The notes: a model not told the origin generated them from the sequence alone. A stretch of 12,272 nt of DNA from Candidatus Methylomirabilia bacterium (GCA_041492755.1 JBGPXN010000138.1:1-12272), one strand, 5' to 3'. Numbered from the stretch's first letter, positions 1 to 6,987 are shown. Numbers and translations: made by a program.

Positions 1-78
1 GGCCACCGCGCACGTCTCGCCGGTGTCCCACAGGGTGCCGTCGAGGTCGAAGAGGACCGAATCAGCCGAGGGGCGCAC
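1..78 (-). CDS. HAD-superfamily hydrolase, N-terminal 26 codons only (continues beyond the left edge)
   Basis: Not in the ORF track. Manual minus-strand translation from GTG at 78-76 gives MRPSADSVLFDLDGTLWDTGETCAVA, which contains HAD motif I (hhhDxDGTL). The start overlaps the ptrB stop by 17 nt, suggesting co-transcription. The exact start codon is inferred. Confidence 0.8.
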   Translation of the reverse strand, partial: MRPSADSVLFDLDGTLWDTGETCAVA

Positions 79-2128
79 GGCCGAGCTGCGAGAGCACGAA
101 CGCGTAGTCGAAGGAGACTTCGCGAAGGAAATCGTAGCGACCCGACGGGCCGCCGTGGCCGGCGCCCATGTCGATCTTGAACAGCAGCGGGCGGTCGTCG
201 GTCTTCAGCGTCCGCAGGCGGGCGACATATTTGGCGGGCTCCCAGTACATCACCTGGCTGTCGTTGATCGACGTGCGGACCAGGATCGTCGGGTACGCCT
301 GCCGCGCGAGGTTCGTGTAGGGGCAGTACGTCTTCATGTACGCGTAGTGCTCGTCGACCTTGGGATTGCCCCACTCCTCGAACTCGCCCACCGTCAGCGG
401 CAGCGTCTCGTCGAGCATCGTGTTGATCACGTCCACGAACGGCACGCGCAGGATCGCCGCGTGGCAGAGATCCGGCCTCAGATTGAGCACGGCGCCGATC
501 AGCAGGCCGCCCGCGCTGCCGCCCTCGATGACGAGCCGATCGCGCGTGGTGTAGCCCGCGGCCACCAGGAAGTCGGCGGCGGCCGCGAAGTCGGTGAACG
601 TGTTGCGCTTGGCCATCATGCGGCCGGCGTCGTGCCAGCGCTTGCCGCCCTCGCCGCCGCCCCGCACGTGCGCGATGGCCACCGTCACCCCGCGATCGAG
701 CAGACTCAACCGGTTGGACGAGAACATCACCGGATACGGGATACCGTAGGCGCCGTAGCCGGCGAGCAGGAGCGGGCGCGGACCGTCGCCATCGGCGTCG
801 GGCCGGAACACGAGCGAGATCGCCACCGGCGTGCCGTCGGGCGCGGTGGCCAGCACCCGCTCGGAGCGATAGCGGGTGCGGTCGTATCCGCCGAGCACCT
901 CGGTCTGCTTGAGCAGCGTCAGCCGGCGCCCCACCATGTCGTAGTCGAACACCGAGGCCGGCGTGATCAGCGACTGGTACCGGAACCGGTACGTCGGCGT
1001 GTCGTACTCGGCGTTGGTCTCCTCGTCGACTTCGTAGGTTGGCTCGGGAAACTCCACGTGGTGCCAGGTGCCATCGCGGCGATCCACCACGCGCAGCCGG
1101 ATCAGCCCGTCCTCGCGCTCGTGCAGCACGTAGTGGGGGGCGAAGACGTCGAGCTCCTCGAGCATCACGTCATCGCGGTGGGCGACGATCTCCGTCCAGC
1201 GGCCGGGATCGTCGACGGCCGCGGTGACGAGCCGGAAGTTGCGGCGGCCACCGCCGTTGGTGCGGATGTAGAAGACGTCGCCGCCGTGCTCGACGTCGTA
1301 CTCGTGATCCTTCTCGCGGGCGGCGATCATTCGCCACTCACCGGTCGGCGTCGTGGCCCCAAGATAGCGGGCCTCGGCGCTCGTGAAGCTCCGTGACTGG
1401 GCGAACAGATAGGCGCGGCTGCGGGAGCGCCAGACGTGGAGCCGGAACAGCTCGTCGGCTTCCTCGTAGAGCAGCGGCGCCCCGGCGACGGGCTCGCCGA
1501 GGCGATGGCGGTGGAGCCGATACGGGCGCTTGGCGTGGTCTTCCACCACGTAGAACAGCACGTCCGGATCCGCGGCCCAGGTCACCGTCGACACGCGCTC
1601 CACGCGCTCGGGCAGCAGCTCACCCGAGACCAGGTCCTTGACGTAGAGCGTGTACTCGCGGAAGCCGGTGACGTCCAGCGTGTAGGCGAGCCGCCGCCCG
1701 TCGTCGCTGAGGGCGTAGGCGCCGAGGGACAGGAACTCGTGGCCATCGGCGAGCGCGTTGAGATCGAGCGTGATCGCCTCGAGCGCGTCGAGGCTGCCGG
1801 CCTTGCGACAGTAGATCGGGTACTGCTTGCCCTTCTCGGTGCGCGAATAATAGAGGTACCCGCCGCGGCGGTAGGGGACGGTCTGGTCGTCCTCCTTGAT
1901 GCGCCCGAGCATCTCGTGGTAGAGCGTCTCCTGAAACGCCTCGGTCGGCTTCATGGCGGCGTCCGTATAGGCGTTCTCGGCCTCGAGATACGCGATGACC
2001 TCGGGACCCCCCTTCTGCCGGAGCCAGGAGTAGTCGTCCTCGCGCCGCTCGCCGTGCAGCACGTCGATCGTGGGCACGCGGCGGGCCACGGGCGGCGCCG
2101 CGGGAATGGGAGGAAGGGACCGGTCCAT
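62..2128 (-). CDS. ptrB: Oligopeptidase B / protease II (prolyl oligopeptidase family S9A), 688 aa
   Basis: N-terminal HG..R.D.Y.WL and YLEAENAY; nucleophile elbow GGSAGG (nt 506-523); VPFVDV; TVGEFEEWGNP carrying the acidic pair typical of OpdB; catalytic Asp in NDSQV..WEPAK; catalytic His in GAGHGG.SGR. Confidence 0.95.
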   Translation of the reverse strand: MDRSLPPIPAAPPVARRVPTIDVLHGERREDDYSWLRQKGGPEVIAYLEAENAYTDAAMKPTEAFQETLYHEMLGRIKEDDQTVPYRRGGYLYYSRTEKGKQYPIYCRKAGSLDALEAITLDLNALADGHEFLSLGAYALSDDGRRLAYTLDVTGFREYTLYVKDLVSGELLPERVERVSTVTWAADPDVLFYVVEDHAKRPYRLHRHRLGEPVAGAPLLYEEADELFRLHVWRSRSRAYLFAQSRSFTSAEARYLGATTPTGEWRMIAAREKDHEYDVEHGGDVFYIRTNGGGRRNFRLVTAAVDDPGRWTEIVAHRDDVMLEELDVFAPHYVLHEREDGLIRLRVVDRRDGTWHHVEFPEPTYEVDEETNAEYDTPTYRFRYQSLITPASVFDYDMVGRRLTLLKQTEVLGGYDRTRYRSERVLATAPDGTPVAISLVFRPDADGDGPRPLLLAGYGAYGIPYPVMFSSNRLSLLDRGVTVAIAHVRGGGEGGKRWHDAGRMMAKRNTFTDFAAAADFLVAAGYTTRDRLVIEGGSAGGLLIGAVLNLRPDLCHAAILRVPFVDVINTMLDETLPLTVGEFEEWGNPKVDEHYAYMKTYCPYTNLARQAYPTILVRTSINDSQVMYWEPAKYVARLRTLKTDDRPLLFKIDMGAGHGGPSGRYDFLREVSFDYAFVLSQLGRAPLG

Positions 2129-2132
2129 CGGG

Positions 2133-2146
2133 CTCCCTGGAGTATA
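2133..2146 (-). promoter_or_regulatory. Candidate -10 box (TATACT) and SD-like GGGAG upstream of ptrB
   Basis: The minus strand reads ...gacggTATACTccaGGGAGcccgATG. TATACT is a 5/6 match to TATAAT and stands out in a GC-rich background. No convincing -35 seen. Confidence 0.5.
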
Positions 2147-2172
2147 CCGTCGGCGGTGAGAGCCTGCCTGAG

Positions 2173-2218
2173 GCCACCCCCCCGGCTCCGCCGGGGCGCT
2201 CCGAGCGATGGGGAGGTC
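2173..2218. repeat. REP-like GC-rich palindromic cluster
   Basis: CCCCGGC-TCC-GCCGGGG (2180-2196) is immediately followed by CGCT-CCG-AGCG (2197-2207), flanked by partly complementary C-run/G-run arms. Only one copy is visible in the window. Confidence 0.35.
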
Positions 2219-2288
2219 GAGGCGCGCCCCGGGCTGCCCCGGCCCAGGGCCGGCGGCCCGCGGCCCAGGGTAGATCGCCCATCGTTTC

Positions 2289-2334
2289 GCGGATTTGCCG
2301 ACAATTGTGCGGATTTGCTGACATTGGATCGGAT
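2289..2334 (+). repeat. Direct repeat with 20-bp period, candidate transcription-factor operator
   Basis: GCGGATTTGCCGACA (2289-2303) and GCGGATTTGCTGACA (2309-2323) are 14/15 identical. A third in-phase CGGAT lies at 2330-2334. Confidence 0.65.
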
Positions 2335-2346
2335 AGGCGCTATCGT
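2318..2346 (+). promoter_or_regulatory. Candidate sigma70-type promoter for the 2367-4848 cluster
   Basis: CTGACA (2318-2323; 5/6 to TTGACA), exactly 17 nt, then TATCGT (2341-2346; TAnnnT), ending 20 nt before the ATG at 2367. Confidence 0.5.
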
Positions 2347-2366
2347 GGTTTCCGCTGGATATCTGT

Positions 2367-2846
2367 ATGCCCTACGTCGCGCTTGTCCTCCTGGCGTTCG
2401 GCCTCGCCCTGGCCACGGCCGGGGCCGCCCCCGCCGCCGACTGGACGGTCAAGGCCATCCAGCGGACCGACGGACCGGGCGTTCGGTGCGTGGTGGAATC
2501 GGCCGGGCAGCCGGTCTGGGACGGCTACCAGAAGACCACGGCCTTCATCTCGGTGGCGCCGAAGTCGGTCGCCATCACGGCGGCGTCGGTGCTCGACGGT
2601 AGTTTCTCGGACATCGACATCGCGGTCGATCAGGAGGACGTCATCCGGATGGACCGCCTGGGAGGCGACAAGACGGCGGTGTTCGACTCGAAGTACGAGC
2701 GCGTGGTCGATTTGTTCAAGGCGGGAACCAAGGTGCGCGTCCAGCTCCGCTTCTGGCCCACCTGGCCGGCGACGGGGATTCACTCGACGGAATTCAGTCT
2801 GATCGGCTTCACCAAAGCGTTCAACGAGCTGTCGGGCTGCCGCTGA
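2367..2846 (+). CDS. Secreted/periplasmic hypothetical protein, possibly IalB-like fold, 159 aa
   Basis: Hydrophobic N-terminal signal peptide ending in an A-x-A-type site (ATAGAAPAA); only two Cys (C41, C158); DWxV..C start and FSLxGFTKA end resemble IalB-like proteins; GC3-rich codon usage. The family call is tentative. Confidence 0.75.
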   Translation: MPYVALVLLAFGLALATAGAAPAADWTVKAIQRTDGPGVRCVVESAGQPVWDGYQKTTAFISVAPKSVAITAASVLDGSFSDIDIAVDQEDVIRMDRLGGDKTAVFDSKYERVVDLFKAGTKVRVQLRFWPTWPATGIHSTEFSLIGFTKAFNELSGCR

Positions 2847-2872
2847 CGCGGCGCCGGGTTCAGGAGGTCGGA

Positions 2873-3745
2873 ATGGGGTTGCGGCTGAAGTTCAACCTGG
2901 TCCTGCTCGCGGTGTTCCTGGTGGGCCTCGCCGTCACCGCGGTCATCTCGCACGGCCTGCTCGTGCGGAACGCGCGTGACGAGGTCACGCGCAATGCGGG
3001 GCTCATGATGGAAACGGCGCTCGCCATTCGAGGCTACACCGTCAGCCAGGTCCGGCCGCACCTCGAGATGCAGCTCATGCGGGTGTTCCTGCCGCAGAGC
3101 GTGCCGGCCTTCGCCGCGACGGAAACGCTCAACGAGCTGCGCAAGAAGCACTCCGACTATTTCTACAAAGAGGCCACGCTGAACCCGACGAATCCGCGAA
3201 ACCGCGCGACCGACTGGGAGGCGGACCTCGTCAACCAGTTCCGCAACCAGCCGACGCTCAAGGAGATGACGGGCGAGCGGGACACCCCCACGGGCCGGGC
3301 CCTCTACATCGCGCGTCCGATCCAGATCAGCAACCCCGCGTGCCTGACGTGCCACAGCACGCCGGACGCGGCACCCGCCACCATGATCAAGCTCTACGGG
3401 CCGGCCAACGGGTTCGGCTGGAAGGTCAACGAGATCGTGGGCGCGCAGGTGGTGTCGGTGCCGATGTCACTGCCGCTGCGGAACGCGGAGACGGCGTTCT
3501 ACACGTTCATGGCGTCACTGGTCGCGGTGTTCGTCGTCGTCTTCGTGGCGCTGAACGTCATGCTGAGCTGGCTCATCATCCGGCCCATCGCCCAGATGTC
3601 CCGCGCCGCGGACCAGGTGAGCACGGGGAACTTCGAGATCGCGGAGCTCCGGGAAGCCGGCAAGGACGAGATCGCGGTGCTGGGTCGAGCCTTCAACCGG
3701 ATGCGGCGCAGCCTGCAAAAAGCGATGCAGATGATCGAGGCGTGA
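2873..3745 (+). CDS. Membrane sensor: TM - DUF3365/Tll0287-like c-type heme domain - TM - HAMP, no catalytic output domain, 290 aa
   Basis: Strong SD AGGAGGT at 2862-2868; N-terminal TM helix; LNPTNPRNRA..WE motif; heme c attachment CLTCH (nt 3341-3355); YG..NGFGWK..EIVGA; second TM; HAMP (IIRPI..MS.AA..VS.GN....DEI..L..AFNRM); the protein stops right after HAMP. Confidence 0.9.
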   Translation: MGLRLKFNLVLLAVFLVGLAVTAVISHGLLVRNARDEVTRNAGLMMETALAIRGYTVSQVRPHLEMQLMRVFLPQSVPAFAATETLNELRKKHSDYFYKEATLNPTNPRNRATDWEADLVNQFRNQPTLKEMTGERDTPTGRALYIARPIQISNPACLTCHSTPDAAPATMIKLYGPANGFGWKVNEIVGAQVVSVPMSLPLRNAETAFYTFMASLVAVFVVVFVALNVMLSWLIIRPIAQMSRAADQVSTGNFEIAELREAGKDEIAVLGRAFNRMRRSLQKAMQMIEA

Positions 3746-4848
3746 GCACGGTGCCGCAGCCGCAGGCCGAGCCCAGCCGCCGGACGCTGCTCGTCACGGT
3801 GGTCTTCGTCGACATCGTCGACTACTCGACGGGCGTGGTGGCGCAGCAGTTCGACCTGAAGACCCGGTTGAACGAGATGCTGGCCCGCGCGCTCGAGCCG
3901 GTGCCGGTGGCGGAGCGGATCATCCTCGACACGGGCGACGGCGCCGCCATCTGCTTTCTCGGCGACCCGGAGGACGCGCTGATCGCGGCCAGCAACCTGC
4001 GCGCGGCGGCGTCCGGCGCGCTGGCGCTGCGGCTCGGGATCAACCTGGGGCCGGTGAAGATCGTCAACGACGCGAACGGGCGGCCCAACGTCATCGGCGA
4101 CGGCATCAACGACGCGCAACGCATCATGAGCTTCGCGGAGCCGAACCAGATCTTCGTGTCGCGCCCGTACTACGAAGTCCTCTCGCGGCTGTCCCACGAG
4201 TACAGCCGCCTGTTCGCCTACGTGGGCCTGCACCGCGACAAGCACATCCGGGAGCACGAGGTCTACGCCGTCACCTCGGCCGATTCACCGGCGGCCCCGG
4301 CGATCGGCGAAGCCCCGGACGCGTCGGAGCCGGCGCGCCCACCCGGACCCGTCGTCGATACGGAATACGTGCCGCCCGCACCGGCCGCGAGCCCGCCCGC
4401 CCGCTTCGACCCCGCCGTGCTGGCCCGGCTCGAGGCCACGCTCGCCCGCTCCATCGGCCCTCTGGCCCGCGTCATCCTCCGCAAGGCCGCGGTGTCGGCC
4501 GCCAACCTGCCGCAGCTGTGCCGGGTGCTCACGGCCAGCGTGCCGGAAGCGAACCAAGCCGAGTTCACGAGACAGATCGGCGATCTCGCCGGGTCGGGTG
4601 CGCCGGTGGCGGGACCCGCCGGCCGGCCCCCAAGCGCACCGGCGGCGGCGCCCCCGGCCTTCACCGCCGAGGTGCTGGCCAAGGCGACCGAGCGGCTGGC
4701 CGGCTACATCGGCCCGGTCGCGAAGGTCATGGTGAAGAAGGCCGCCGCGCAGGCGACGAGCCCGCTGGACTTCTATCAGCGACTGGCCCAGCACATCGAC
4801 GACCCCGCGAACCGGGAGCGCTTCCTCGCCGCCAACACGACCACGTAG
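3742..4848 (+). CDS. Class III adenylate/guanylate cyclase-family protein with Pro/Ala linker and two C-terminal helical repeats, about 368 aa
   Basis: The true start is inferred at GTG 3742 (GTGA overlap with the upstream stop), not 3340. Motifs: VFVDIVDYS (metal Asp), TGDG (metal Asp), LRLGINLGPV, GDGINDAQRIMS (transition-state Asn/Arg), QIFVS. No TM segment seen. Confidence 0.9.
   Translation: MSTVPQPQAEPSRRTLLVTVVFVDIVDYSTGVVAQQFDLKTRLNEMLARALEPVPVAERIILDTGDGAAICFLGDPEDALIAASNLRAAASGALALRLGINLGPVKIVNDANGRPNVIGDGINDAQRIMSFAEPNQIFVSRPYYEVLSRLSHEYSRLFAYVGLHRDKHIREHEVYAVTSADSPAAPAIGEAPDASEPARPPGPVVDTEYVPPAPAASPPARFDPAVLARLEATLARSIGPLARVILRKAAVSAANLPQLCRVLTASVPEANQAEFTRQIGDLAGSGAPVAGPAGRPPSAPAAAPPAFTAEVLAKATERLAGYIGPVAKVMVKKAAAQATSPLDFYQRLAQHIDDPANRERFLAANTTT
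4405..4833 (+). repeat. Two ~58-aa intragenic protein repeats ('LA..IGP.A' helical domain)
   Basis: 4405-4578 FDPAVLARLEATLARSIGPLARVILRKAAVSAANLPQLCRVLTASVPEANQAEFTRQI versus 4660-4833 FTAEVLAKATERLAGYIGPVAKVMVKKAAAQATSPLDFYQRLAQHIDDPANRERFLAA, separated by a Pro/Ala/Gly linker. Confidence 0.85.
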
Positions 4849-4881
4849 TCGAAGCCGATCTCTCGGAGTATCTTGTCGCGC

Positions 4882-6987
4882 GTGCCAAACTATTCGCTCG
4901 GGATCGACATCGGCGGCACCTTCACCGACATCGTCGTCTACGACCACGACGGCGCGCGCCAGGTCAGCCGCAAGGTGCTCACCACCCACGACGATCCCGC
5001 GCGCGCGGTCAGCACGGGCGTCGCCGCGCTCCTGCGCGACGCCGGCCTCGCCGCCGCGCGCGTCGGCCGCGTGGTGCACGCGACGACGCTCTTCACCAAC
5101 GCGCTCATCGAGCGCACCGGCGCCGCCACCGGGCTGCTGACCACCGCGGGCTTCGCCGACACGCTCGAGATCGGACGCGAGCGCAAGTTCGAGCTGTACG
5201 ACCTGAACATCGCCAAGCCGGAGCCGCTGGTGCCGCGTCATCTGCGGCTGGAAGTCACCGAGCGGGTGTCGGCGGATGGCCGGGTGCGCCGGCCCGTCGA
5301 CCTGACCGAGGTGGACGCGGGCGCGGCCGAGCTGGCCGCGGCCGGCGTGGCGACGGTGGCCATCGTGTTCCTCCACGCGTATGCGAACCCCGCGCACGAG
5401 GCGGCGGCGATGGCCACCGTGATCAAGCGCCATCCCGGGATGTTCGTCACCGCGTCCCACGAGGTGGCGCCGGAGATCCGCGAGTACGAGCGTGCCTCCA
5501 CCACCGTGGCCAACGCCTACATCAAGCCGCTCGCCCATCGCTATCTCGAGGCCATGGCCCGTCGTCTCGCCGAGGTCGGCATTCCGGCGCCGCTGCTGCT
5601 GATGCAGTCGAGCGGCGGGCTCACGCACGTCGCCGAGGCGCAGCGGGTGCCGGTGCAGATGCTGGAGTCCGGGCCGGCGGCCGGCGCCATCGCCGCGGCG
5701 TTCTTCGGCCGCGAGGACGGTGGGGGGCGGCTGCTCGCGTTCGACATGGGCGGCACCACGGCGAAGCTCAGCCTCGTGGACGGCGGCGAGCCGCTCACCG
5801 CCTACAGCTTCGAGGCCGCGCGCCAGCGGCGCTTCATCGAGGGCAGCGGCATGCCCATCCGCATCTCGACCATCGAGCTCATCGAGATCGGCGCCGGCGG
5901 GGGTAGCATCGCGCGCGTGGACGAGATCGGACTGCTGAAAGTCGGTCCGCGCAGCGCCGGCTCCGAGCCCGGACCCGCGGCCTACGGTCGAGGGGGAACG
6001 GAGCCGACGGTCACCGACGCCGATTTTCTGCTCGGCTACCTCAACGCCGAATATTTCGCGGGCGGGACGATGGCGATCGACGTGAACGCCGCGCGCACGG
6101 CGGTCGAGCGCCTGGCCCAGGAGGTCGGGCTATCGCCGATCAAGGTCGCGTGGGGCATCCACGACGTGGTCAACGAGAACATGGCGAGCGCGGCGCGCGT
6201 GCACGTCGCCGAGCGCGGGCGCGATCCGCGCGACTACGCGCTGCTCTGCACCGGCGGCGCCGGTCCCGTCCACGCCTACGAAGTCGGGCGCAAGCTCGGG
6301 CTGCGCGAGGTCATCTGCCCGCCCGCGGCCGGCGTCGCCTCCGCGCTCGGGCTGCTGGTGGCGCCCGCGCGCGTCGACCGGGTCGCGACCGTCGGCATCC
6401 GTCTGGACCAGGGCGACTGCACCGCGCTCGAAGCGGCGTTCCGGCGGCTGGAGGACGAGGCGCGCGCCGTGCTCGCCGACAGCGGCCTCCCGCTGGATAC
6501 GGCGACGTTCAAGCGGATGGCGGACGGCCGGTTCCTGGGCCAGGGCTTCGACCTCGTCGTCGAGCTGCCGCCCGGCCCCTACGACGGCCCCGACGTCGCG
6601 GGGATGCGGCGGGCGCTGCAGGCGGCGTTCGAGGGCGCGTATCGCGAGAAGTTCGCGCTCACGCCGCCCGACGTGCCGGTGGAGTTCATCAACGTGCGCA
6701 TCGCCGCGCGGGCGCCGGTGGCCGGTGGCGAGGTGGCCCAGGCGAGAGCCGCGAACACCCCCGGCAACGCGGTGAAGGGCCGGCGGCCCGCGTGGTTCCC
6801 CGAGGGGGGTGACTGGGTGGAGACGACCGTGTACGATCGCGCCCGGCTCGCCGCGGGCGAGACGTTCGCGGGTCCCGCCGTGATCGAGGAGGAGGGCTCG
6901 ACGCTGGTGATCGGCCCGGGCGGACGCGCGCGCGTGGCGCCGAGCGGAAACATCATCGTGAGCCTGCCGCAAGGAGGACGACGATGA
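4882..6987 (+). CDS. Hydantoinase A / 5-oxoprolinase family ATP-binding subunit
   Basis: GIDIGGTFTD, HATT..TNA, EIREYER, ESGPAAG, FDMGGTT, IGAGGGS, VGPRSAGSEPGP..YGRGG, PTVTDA, GGAGPVHA, SALG. The start is either TTG 4873 (ORF track) or GTG 4882 (preferred; see findings). Confidence 0.93.
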   Translation: MPNYSLGIDIGGTFTDIVVYDHDGARQVSRKVLTTHDDPARAVSTGVAALLRDAGLAAARVGRVVHATTLFTNALIERTGAATGLLTTAGFADTLEIGRERKFELYDLNIAKPEPLVPRHLRLEVTERVSADGRVRRPVDLTEVDAGAAELAAAGVATVAIVFLHAYANPAHEAAAMATVIKRHPGMFVTASHEVAPEIREYERASTTVANAYIKPLAHRYLEAMARRLAEVGIPAPLLLMQSSGGLTHVAEAQRVPVQMLESGPAAGAIAAAFFGREDGGGRLLAFDMGGTTAKLSLVDGGEPLTAYSFEAARQRRFIEGSGMPIRISTIELIEIGAGGGSIARVDEIGLLKVGPRSAGSEPGPAAYGRGGTEPTVTDADFLLGYLNAEYFAGGTMAIDVNAARTAVERLAQEVGLSPIKVAWGIHDVVNENMASAARVHVAERGRDPRDYALLCTGGAGPVHAYEVGRKLGLREVICPPAAGVASALGLLVAPARVDRVATVGIRLDQGDCTALEAAFRRLEDEARAVLADSGLPLDTATFKRMADGRFLGQGFDLVVELPPGPYDGPDVAGMRRALQAAFEGAYREKFALTPPDVPVEFINVRIAARAPVAGGEVAQARAANTPGNAVKGRRPAWFPEGGDWVETTVYDRARLAAGETFAGPAVIEEEGSTLVIGPGGRARVAPSGNIIVSLPQGGRR

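Noticed and set aside
23..2602. Long plus-strand ORFs 23..1396 and 1436..2602
   Set aside because: Antisense shadows of ptrB. Stop codons are rare in GC-rich DNA and the translations show no recognisable motifs.
3340..3741. N-terminal 134 codons of track ORF 3340..4848
   Set aside because: Overlaps the heme/HAMP gene out of frame and reads as Arg/Gly/Ala-rich junk. GTG 3742 with a GTGA overlap is the plausible start.
3713..3745. Programmed -1 frameshift (CAA AAA G) or sequencing error that would fuse HAMP to the cyclase
   Set aside because: The -1 frame is open, so a fusion is formally possible, but there is no canonical X XXY YYZ heptamer in the correct frame, the HAMP protein ends in a natural-looking amphipathic helix, and GTGA is a standard coupling overlap. 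Read-level data or homologue alignment would settle it.
2873..4848. Pycsar or CBASS anti-phage system
   Set aside because: The neighbouring membrane protein has a heme-c/HAMP architecture with no cyclic-nucleotide-binding or TIR domain, and nothing else suggests a defence island (composition looks native).
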